A stretch of 64,000 nucleotides of DNA from a candidate division FCPU426 bacterium (GTDB taxonomy: Bacteria > Oederibacteriota > Muellerivitia > Muellerivitales > Muellerivitaceae): the NCBI GenBank assembly GCA_963771075.1, contig CAVYSE010000024.1, forward strand, positions 115,867 through 179,866, written 5' to 3'. Every line of letters begins with the position of its first letter. Position 1 is the stretch's first letter. A model generated the notes under the pieces. It was not told the DNA's origin. It did no database searches and saw only the letters and a program-made list of their open reading frames with translations. Positions 41,283 through 48,775 of the stretch are shown piece by piece. The translations under genes and the position numbers were made by a program.

Positions 41283-41780
41283 TTATCTCTTGCGGCGGGG
41301 GGACGGTTTCTTCTTCTTCCCTTTTACTTTGTAGAGGGCAGGCGCTTCCCGGGCTTGGGGTTCTCCCATGGGGGGGCCATCCAGTTCAGCCAAGAAGGCC
41401 GCCGGGTCCAAAATTCGGATGCCCCGGTATTCATGAAGGGATAGCAGATGGGCATCCCCGGAAATCAGGACCTCCGCCTGGGCGGCCAGGGCGCATTCCA
41501 AGACCCGGTCATCCGATGGATCAGCCTTGATGACCTGCAGGCGCTGGGTGGGATACACCATGAGGCACAATTCCCGGATCTCGCGCTCATAAACTCCCAA
41601 TTGATCGGGTGAAGAATTGAACTTGCGGCCCCCGAGGATTCGAAGCGTTTCGGCAAGAAGATCGGTTGAGATCGCCACTTCGAAAACCCTCAGGATCGCA
41701 TGGTCCAACAATTCACGAACCCGGCCCCTGAAGGCCAGGGCCGAGACCCAAATATTGGTGTCGAAAACGACCCTGATCAA
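41283..41780 (-). CDS. PIN-family toxin
   Basis: VVFDTNIWVSA, DPSDDRVLECA, ISGD.HLL. Confidence 0.9.
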   Translation of the reverse strand: MIRVVFDTNIWVSALAFRGRVRELLDHAILRVFEVAISTDLLAETLRILGGRKFNSSPDQLGVYEREIRELCLMVYPTQRLQVIKADPSDDRVLECALAAQAEVLISGDAHLLSLHEYRGIRILDPAAFLAELDGPPMGEPQAREAPALYKVKGKKKKPSPRRKR

Positions 41781-42013
41781 GTCCGGCGGGCTTCCCGGAT
41801 GGCCTCTTCCACATCCTCGGGTTTCAAACCCAGGCGACGGACATGGGCATCCATCTGCTCGAAAATTTTGTCCCAGCGGGAACGCCGATCCAAGTAGATC
41901 CGCAGGGCCGCGCGCATCAACTCGGAACGGCTGCGGGATTCCCTCTTGGCGAGCTTATCCGCCCGTTCAAGCAGGTCCTTGGGGATCGAAAGGTTGATGG
42001 TCGATGGTTTCAT
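41777..42013 (-). CDS. CopG/RHH antitoxin
   Basis: INLSIP..L....D.LA..E.RSRSEL.R.AL. Confidence 0.9.
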   Translation of the reverse strand: MKPSTINLSIPKDLLERADKLAKRESRSRSELMRAALRIYLDRRSRWDKIFEQMDAHVRRLGLKPEDVEEAIREARRT

Positions 42014-42036
42014 GGTTTCCCTCCTGTTAAAACAAG

Positions 42037-42057
42037 CCTATACAATTATTGTATAGG
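42037..42057. promoter_or_regulatory. Probable TA operator
   Basis: CCTATACAAT-T-ATTGTATAGG perfect inverted repeat. Confidence 0.7.
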
Positions 42058-42181
42058 ATTCAATATTTGAAATCTTCCTACAACATCAGCAGGCAGTCGG
42101 GTCGGCCTTACAAAAGAACCAATAGCTGTTAGCTAATCGTATTTAGCCACAACTCGAAAGACCCCTGATCCCCCTCGTTCC

Positions 42182-42534
42182 GCACAGATTCCCTATGAAT
42201 CTGCACCGGCAACCTACACCTTCGACCTGAGGTCTCAGGTGGCCTGCACAGATTCCCTATGAATCTGCACCGGCAACCTACACCTTCGACCTGAGGTCTC
42301 AGGTGGCCTGCACAGATTCCCTATGAATCTGCACCGGCAACCTACACCTTCGACCTGAGGTCTCAGGTGGCCTGCACAGATTCCCTATGAATCTGCACCG
42401 GCAACCTACACCTTCGACCTGAGGTCTCAGGTGGCCTGCACAGATTCCCTATAAATCTGCACCGGCAACCTACACCTTCGACCTGAGGTCTCAGGTGGCC
42501 TGCACAGATTCCCTATGAATCTGCACCGGCAACC
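42182..42534 (-). repeat. 64-bp tandem repeat x5.5 (homogeneous array of the two-hairpin unit)
   Basis: GCACAGATTCCCTATGAATCTGCACCGGCAACCTACACCTTCGACCTGAGGTCTCAGGTGGCCT at 42182, 42246, 42310, 42374, 42438, 42502. Confidence 0.95.
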
Positions 42535-42829
42535 ATCGTCCTCGACTTGTCCCAATCGTCCTTAACGATTGGGATCACCAAGGCTTACCACTCGCCTAGT
42601 AGGCTCGTGGAAGGTATTGGCTCGGGACAGGTGGCAGTCCGCCCCCAATTGCCCAAAGCAATTGGTCGGGGAATTCGCCCGTCTGTCGAAGTCGCTTCGA
42701 CTTCGACACTCGACTGGCCAACGAGTGGTTGGCCGTCAGCGCAAAATGGTTTATGGAATGGTTTTTTAACAGGCCATTTGTTAGGAACTACCAAAGCTCG
42801 CACTCACCTTGTAGGTTCGTGATAGGTGG
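42535..42829 (-). repeat. Nested and insert-bearing two-hairpin repeats
   Basis: Unit 42549-42615 inside the loop of another; 42643-42829 parallels 29455-29585. Confidence 0.85.
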
Positions 42830-42899
42830 CAGGGAAGACCATAAGAACCAGTCCGCGGTACAAAATGAAGCCCGCGCAGGAAAGGATCGAGAGGCTTGC

Positions 42900-42919
42900 A
42901 GATGCATACAAATGCATCT
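42900..42919. promoter_or_regulatory. Probable TA operator
   Basis: AGATGCAT-acaa-ATGCATCT. Confidence 0.6.
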
Positions 42920-42942
42920 AAAATATATTCGAGGTGGTCCAC

Positions 42943-43182
42943 ATGCGCACAACTATTGAAATTAAAGATAAATTAAGGGCTGAGCTTCTTCGGCGGGCGG
43001 CCCACGATGGGGCGAAAGGCTTTTCCCACATCATCGAGGAAGCCTTGGAATCCTATTTTGGGAACGAAGACAAAATGGCCGCCGCTATCAAAAAAGCCAA
43101 GGAACTCAAGGGCTGTTTGAGCGCCCGCGAGGCGGAACAACTCTCCACGGAGACGCGGAAGATCAGGGAATCCTGGCGATGA
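42943..43182 (+). CDS. VapB-type/RHH antitoxin
   Basis: MRTTIEI...IIEEAL; overlaps PIN gene. Confidence 0.85.
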   Translation: MRTTIEIKDKLRAELLRRAAHDGAKGFSHIIEEALESYFGNEDKMAAAIKKAKELKGCLSAREAEQLSTETRKIRESWR

Positions 43183-43577
43183 TCATCGCGGACACGGATG
43201 TCCTCATCGATTTTTTGGCGGCCAAAGAGCCGGGGGCCAGCCGGGTCCTGGCCGAGTTGGAGGATGGTACGCTCCACACGACCGTTATTTCACGGTTTGA
43301 ATTGCTCTCAGGCGCTAAAAGCGCCAAACGCAATGAAAAGATCATGCAACTGCTTGATGCGCTTCAGGTTCTGAATCTGGACGTACCCGCCGCTGATCGG
43401 GCGGCGGAAATCAGGCGCCATCTGGATCAAAAAGGCCATGGAATCGGATTGGCCGACAGCCTGATCGCGGGGATGGCGATGGTCCATCGCGCGAACCTGT
43501 TGACCCGCAATGAACGCCATTTCAACCGGGTGCCGGGTTTGAAATTGAGCCAATGGGATGAACATGGAAAAAGTTAA
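43179..43577 (+). CDS. vapC: VapC PIN toxin
   Basis: ADTDVLIDFL, ELLSG, ADSLIAG, TRN.RHF. Confidence 0.93.
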   Translation: MIIADTDVLIDFLAAKEPGASRVLAELEDGTLHTTVISRFELLSGAKSAKRNEKIMQLLDALQVLNLDVPAADRAAEIRRHLDQKGHGIGLADSLIAGMAMVHRANLLTRNERHFNRVPGLKLSQWDEHGKS

Positions 43578-43683
43578 GAAGCTATCGAAATTATTCAAAG
43601 AGAGCCTCCGGGAGGGGATCAAGTACGCCCAGGGAAAACCCGCGAAGGTGAAGGTGGAGACACTTTATATCAAGACGACAAGC
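43564..43683 (+). pseudogene. Possible N-terminal remnant of an HTH regulator/antitoxin
   Basis: LF.ESLREGIKYAQGK then runs into repeat array. Confidence 0.4.
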
Positions 43684-43920
43684 GGCCGATTCCCTGATGG
43701 ACGTCGGTTCCTCTTTGGAACCAACACACTCAAGACTTGAACCTCGATTGAAATCTCGGTTCTAGAGGTCGGAACTGCCAAGTCACACCCCTCGGCTTGT
43801 CCCAATCGTTTGTACCGATTGGGAACACCAAGGCTTACCACTCGCCTAGCAGGCTCGTGGCAGGTATTGGCTCGGGACAACCAAAGCGTACCCCTCACCT
43901 TGAAGGTTCGGGGTAGGTGG
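43684..43920 (-). repeat. Cluster of 3-4 two-hairpin repeats, one nested
   Basis: gaacc-TC-gat..atc-TC-ggttc; accac-TC-gcc-tagca-ggc-TC-gtggc; acccc-TC-acc-ttgaa-ggt-TC-ggggt-AGGTGG. Confidence 0.85.
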
Positions 43921-44094
43921 CAGTCCGCAGCCCTTCGGTGGTTCGATGCACTACGTTTACTCACCACTCAGGGCGGGTTGGTTTTTGGCTATTGGAGATT
44001 GGGAAAAATACAAGAATAGAGAAGGTGCTCCGGGCAAGTGAAGTTAGGGGTTAGAAGTTTTAGACAATGCTAACAACCAAAAGCCAACATGGTT

Positions 44095-44499
44095 TCAAAC
44101 GCGCCAGATTTCCAAAAACTCCGATGGGGATACGATGCGGGTTTTGCCGGCCGATCCATGGGGAAAATCCTTTTTATTTCCAGTGACCAGGTAATCCGTT
44201 TTCGAGCCCAGGGCCACTTCCGCGAAAGCCTCATCCGTTGGGTCCGGAATCCGTTTTTTGAGGGGAAGGGACGAGCCTAAGAGCCCCTTGGTCTCAAGAA
44301 CGGCCAATAGGCGCGCTGTTTCGGCGGGATCAAACGCGAATTTCGGCCGGGCTAAGACCAGGTGATATTCCAGGAGAATCCGGGCGTCATAACAAACCTG
44401 GAAACGCCCGGCGACCGCCATTTGAATGACCGTTCCGGAAGGGCCGCTGGGTTTGATCAGCCCTGAAACCAAAATATTAGTGTCGAGTACGGCCTTCAA
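44095..44499 (-). CDS. PIN-family toxin
   Basis: VLDTNILVSG, DPTDE.F.EVA, LVTGN.KDF. Confidence 0.9.
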   Translation of the reverse strand: MKAVLDTNILVSGLIKPSGPSGTVIQMAVAGRFQVCYDARILLEYHLVLARPKFAFDPAETARLLAVLETKGLLGSSLPLKKRIPDPTDEAFAEVALGSKTDYLVTGNKKDFPHGSAGKTRIVSPSEFLEIWRV

Positions 44500-44783
44500 C
44501 CGCGAAGGCTCCGGCGTACCTTGCGGATTTCATCCTGGATCTCATGATCGGTCATCCTTGATTTACCGGATTCCACACTGGCCCTTTGTAGTCTCTCGAC
44601 CGCGCGCATCGCCCTTAACTCGCGCGCCTGGCCCAGCCGCTCCTCCAGGCTATCCTCGTCAGCGGCGGTGAGGATACCCACGGGTTTCCCGTTGTTGGTC
44701 AGCACCAAGTCGGTCTCTGTTTTTAGGTCTTTCCAAACCTTGGAGGGGTTGGCCCTAAATTCACGAACGGATATCATTTTCAT
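44496..44783 (-). CDS. Phd/YefM antitoxin
   Basis: ISVREFR......LT.NGKPV. Confidence 0.88.
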   Translation of the reverse strand: MKMISVREFRANPSKVWKDLKTETDLVLTNNGKPVGILTAADEDSLEERLGQARELRAMRAVERLQRASVESGKSRMTDHEIQDEIRKVRRSLRG

Positions 44784-45086
44784 GGCGTTCTCCTGTTACC
44801 CATATGGTACACAATTGGTTAACGATGATCAATATTCGTTCTTTCGCCAACCGTTTCAGGAGGGCCATGAGAAAAAAGGGGTCAACATTATCCATTTTAG
44901 GTGAATTCACCCCGCAAAACCCTTCCGATTGGTCGCCAAGTAGGGGGAACAGATAGTCGGCGAAATGGGGCTGATCCCTTTAATTCATTTTAGATAAAAA
45001 AGTTTACCTTCGGCCTGGCCCATATGGCTTTTTGGCCGGAAACTCCCCTAGAATTTCGAATCGATCAAATCATCAAAAGGGGAGCG

Positions 45087-45905
45087 ATGATGAAACCTTC
45101 ATATTTATTTGGGCTGTTACTTTTATCCGGACTTCTTCTCGGGCACCTGGCCTGCGGCGGCAGCAGTACCCCCACCTCCACCCCATCCTCCTCCAGCTCT
45201 CCCGCATCCTACCCCGATTGGAATATCACCGGCCCCGCCACCCTCAACGCGGGGGCCTACAACTACGGCACCGTCCATATCAGCAGCACCGGAGTGCTCA
45301 ACCTGTTGGGGCCCAGCGGCGCGGCCACGGGGGCCGCGGTCACCCTGAACCTGACGGGGGATTTCGTGATGGACGCCGGGGCCTCGGTGGTGGGCTTTGG
45401 CGCGGGTTACGGCCCGGGCCTGGGGCCCGGGGCGGGAGGGGTTTCCTTCGCCAACGTCGGGGGAGGCGGGCATGGCGGCGCGGGGGGCACGGGCGGGTTG
45501 GCGGCGGGCGGGCCGGCGAATGACGATTCGGCGGGGCCCACCCTGATGGGAAGCGGGGGAGGAAGCACGGGCGGTTCCGGATCCGGCGGCGCCCTGCTGA
45601 GGATCACCGCGGTGGGCGCGACCTTGAACGGAACGATCCTGGTGGGCGGCAATGGCGCCACCACGGGGGGCGGGGCGGGCGGCACCCTCTTCATCCAGGC
45701 CAATACGATTTTTGGGTCCGGGACCTTGGATGCCTCCGGCGGGGGATCCATCACCCCCAACACCGGCGGCGGCGGGGGAGGCCTCATTACCCTGTCGGTC
45801 CATTCCGGATACTACTTCACGGGTACGGCTTACGTCGCCGGGGCCACGGGCTCCGGCACCAATTCCACGGGGGCCAACGGCCTTTTCACGCAAACGGGTT
45901 ATTGA
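45087..45905 (+). CDS. Glycine-rich lipoprotein
   Basis: Lipobox HLA-C; GGGHGG.GG and GSGGG repeats. Confidence 0.75.
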   Translation: MMKPSYLFGLLLLSGLLLGHLACGGSSTPTSTPSSSSSPASYPDWNITGPATLNAGAYNYGTVHISSTGVLNLLGPSGAATGAAVTLNLTGDFVMDAGASVVGFGAGYGPGLGPGAGGVSFANVGGGGHGGAGGTGGLAAGGPANDDSAGPTLMGSGGGSTGGSGSGGALLRITAVGATLNGTILVGGNGATTGGGAGGTLFIQANTIFGSGTLDASGGGSITPNTGGGGGGLITLSVHSGYYFTGTAYVAGATGSGTNSTGANGLFTQTGY

Positions 45906-46128
45906 ACGGGAACGCAAGGAAACCCAGCCGGGTCCCTGAATGTTTAAACCCTTCGATGTCGCTCATGGCTTTAGGGCCTCGAAAGGTTCGCGGCCTCGAC
46001 GGTGGTCGGGTCATGTCAAAAAGCGAGCCTTGGATTTTTGATTTCGTTAAACCTTGATGGGAAATCGTAACGCTGATTTTCTCCTGTTACCGTTAGGACC
46101 TCCAGTGGGGCGGGTCTATGATGGCTGT

Positions 46129-46635
46129 ATGGAGCGTGTCTGTTCATACTGCATGAAAAAAATGGGCGCAAAAGAACCCGTGGAAAACACGAACGTGACC
46201 CATGGAATCTGCCCCCTGTGTTTAGGGGCCCTTGCCGACAGGATGGGTTTTTCAGTCGCCGAGTCATTGGAATGTTATGACCAACCCATGATGATGGTCG
46301 ACCGCTCGAACCGCGTCGCGGGTTATAACCGGCATTTATCGAAAGTTTTGCTCTCGGGCGGGGTAAAGCCCAAGGAACTGCCCTTGGGCGAGTTCATTGA
46401 ATGCCGCTATTCCATGCTGGAAAGGACCTGCGGAAAAAACCCCCAATGCCGCGACTGCCCTTTTCTCCAGCTGGTCCACCAGGCCTTCCGAACGAACGAA
46501 CCCCAGGAAAAGGTCCGAATCGACCTGGCCCCCATCAGCGAAGACCATTTGCTTCGGCGCACATGGACGGTGACCGCCCAGAAGGTCCAAAACATGGTCC
46601 TGCTGACATTCCTGGACGCGGCCCAGCCCGCATAA
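46129..46635 (+). CDS. Hypothetical protein, CxxC..THGICxxC plus PAS-like region
   Basis: CSYC, THGICPLC, CG....C..C. Confidence 0.6.
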   Translation: MERVCSYCMKKMGAKEPVENTNVTHGICPLCLGALADRMGFSVAESLECYDQPMMMVDRSNRVAGYNRHLSKVLLSGGVKPKELPLGEFIECRYSMLERTCGKNPQCRDCPFLQLVHQAFRTNEPQEKVRIDLAPISEDHLLRRTWTVTAQKVQNMVLLTFLDAAQPA

Positions 46636-46761
46636 CAGGGGGCACCGGGAACCTATTCAAACAATCGATTGAGGGATCCATCTTAAGTTGGATGAACGTC
46701 TGGCCAAAATCTTTCACACCGGACGGCTTGGGCTTTTTTCCCCCGCGCGGCCGGAGGGGGT

Positions 46762-47820
46762 TTAGGAAACCGCGGGCTTGGCGGCCGGGACCGCGTTTTT
46801 TTGGGCCAGGTAGGGTTGGTAGTGTTTTTCCATGAACTGGACCTTGTAGTCCCGGTAACTCTTGATCCCACCCAATAAGCGGCAGCCGCAAATGAACAGC
46901 CAGGCGTAATCCCATTGGTAGGGCAAAAACCCGGCGCGGATCCCGTTGGGGTACAAATGGTGGTTGTTGTGCCACTCGCCCGTGATCATCCCGGGCCAGG
47001 GCTGGTTGATGGAAAGGTCGGCGCGGTTGAAATCGATGCCTTCCTGGCGCGAGTCCTTCCCCCGCCCGTGGCCCTCGAAATTGAAGGTGCGGATCCCCAC
47101 CGCCCAAACCGCGCTCATGCCGAAGAGGGCGACGGCCAGGGGCATTCCCCCCATTAAATAAAAAGCCCCGAACCAGAAGGCCCAATTGAGGAAGAATTGA
47201 AGCAGGGTGGGGACCGGGTGGCAGATGGAGCCCCATTCTTGGTACTGCTCGTAGCTGTTCAGGGGTACGACCGTGTGCTCGATCAGGCGGGCGGCCTTGG
47301 CGTAATCCTCGCGGTTGAAATCCCGGGCGATGGCCTGGTGGTTGGCGTCGGCCAGGAAGCAATAAAGGAAGCCCCCGTGGACGTTATAGGGGTCGCCCGG
47401 TTTTTCCGGGATGTAGTGGTGAACATGGTGGGACACCACGTAGACCTCCTCGGGCACGATCTTGAGCACCAGGTTGCTCACGACGAAGAGCCAGAGGCGG
47501 TTGGTGAAGGTGAAGGCGTGGTGGGTGGAATAGCGGTGCAGGTAAACGGTCCCGTGGGTCCCCAAAACGACCATGCTGTAAATGAACCCGATGAGGAAAA
47601 GCTTCCAGGTGAAGTAATGGAAGAGGAAAAGGAAGAAGAAGGGCGTGAAAAACAGCACGATCAGCCAGCTGAAGAGGGCCAGCCAATTCTTGCGGGATTG
47701 GAACAGGTTGATCCGGGAAAGGAACTCGTTCCAAAGCTCACGGCGGGTGGGCACGTATAATTTTTGATCCCGCACGAAGCCGTAGGACGGCGGGTCCAAC
47801 ACGCGGTCGAGGAAAGCCAA
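46762..47820 (-). CDS. Fatty acid (acyl-CoA) desaturase
   Basis: HRYSTH, HHVHH, WHNNHH histidine boxes. Confidence 0.9.
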   Translation of the reverse strand: MAFLDRVLDPPSYGFVRDQKLYVPTRRELWNEFLSRINLFQSRKNWLALFSWLIVLFFTPFFFLFLFHYFTWKLFLIGFIYSMVVLGTHGTVYLHRYSTHHAFTFTNRLWLFVVSNLVLKIVPEEVYVVSHHVHHYIPEKPGDPYNVHGGFLYCFLADANHQAIARDFNREDYAKAARLIEHTVVPLNSYEQYQEWGSICHPVPTLLQFFLNWAFWFGAFYLMGGMPLAVALFGMSAVWAVGIRTFNFEGHGRGKDSRQEGIDFNRADLSINQPWPGMITGEWHNNHHLYPNGIRAGFLPYQWDYAWLFICGCRLLGGIKSYRDYKVQFMEKHYQPYLAQKNAVPAAKPAVS

Positions 47821-48251
47821 TATTTGTCCAGTCGACTTATAACGCCATGCCCGGTGATCTGGTCGGTTTTGCTGGGTGCGACAACGGCGGAGGGTAGGGG
47901 TCACATGTCAGTAAATTGGAAGACTTTCGGAGTATAGACCGGTCCAGGGACGGAAAGATATAGGAGGGGATGGTAATAACCGCCCGGATCGATGGCCCGC
48001 CGACCGGTGGCCTTTTCCGGTAGAAACCGTGATCGGACGTGCGAAAAGGCGTTTGTCGACCTATTTCCGCTGATTCGGGTTCAAAAAGAGTATTACCGGC
48101 ATGAAACAAACCCAAAAGGCCAGGTCACCCGCTGGCGGAACCTTCCATCCGGGCCCAGTCCCAGGCGGGTTCACCCTGGAATTACCAACGATCCCGCTGG
48201 AATGTCCCTATAATCCCCGGGTCGGAACATCATTGGGCGGGGGATTGGATC

Positions 48252-48545
48252 ATGGGGGATGTCAGGGAAGACTTCGTGAAAAAAATGAAAACCAGCATGG
48301 ATCATTGGAATGACGACATCGATCTATTGCAGTCCTCCGCGATTCGGGCGGGTTCCTCGGTTCGCGTGGAGATGGAAAAAAACATCGAGGATTTAAGGAA
48401 CAAGCGGAAGGATTTCCAGGACAAGTTGGGCCGCCTCGGCCGGGCCACGCAAGAAGCTTGGGGGCCCCTGCAGACCGGGGTCGAATCGGCTTGGAAAACC
48501 CTGGACGATTCCATTCTTGGGGCCAAAACCAAGTATAAAAAGTAG
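48252..48545 (+). CDS. Small coiled-coil protein
   Basis: W..DI..L...AW..L..GVE.AW; similar to 5270..5560. Confidence 0.7.
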   Translation: MGDVREDFVKKMKTSMDHWNDDIDLLQSSAIRAGSSVRVEMEKNIEDLRNKRKDFQDKLGRLGRATQEAWGPLQTGVESAWKTLDDSILGAKTKYKK

Positions 48546-48619
48546 TCTACCAGCGGGCCCGGTTCAACCCGGAAAGATCCCGCGCTATTCCGTATAGGCG
48601 GATTGATAAAACGTCCTAT

Positions 48620-48659
48620 AAAAAAGCCCGGTTTTAGAAAAAACCGGGTTCTTTTTTTG
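48620..48659. terminator. Bidirectional terminator
   Basis: A run-GCCCGGTTTT..AAAACCGGGT-T run between convergent genes. Confidence 0.75.
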
Positions 48660-48775
48660 TCCGATGGAATTCTTGGGGCGCCTATAAAATGAATATCGAA
48701 CCGGTTGTTTTTGTGTCTGATGACGGATCCCGTTGATGGGTACCTTAACCTAAGTTCCAATACCCGTTCACATCA

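Noticed and set aside
42182..42534. CRISPR array
   Set aside because: Would-be spacers are identical, no cas genes were seen, and the unit belongs to the dispersed hairpin family.
15511..43920. tRNA or att remnants suggested by CACCA and GGTTCG
   Set aside because: No cloverleaf, and the order of elements does not fit T-arm then acceptor stem.
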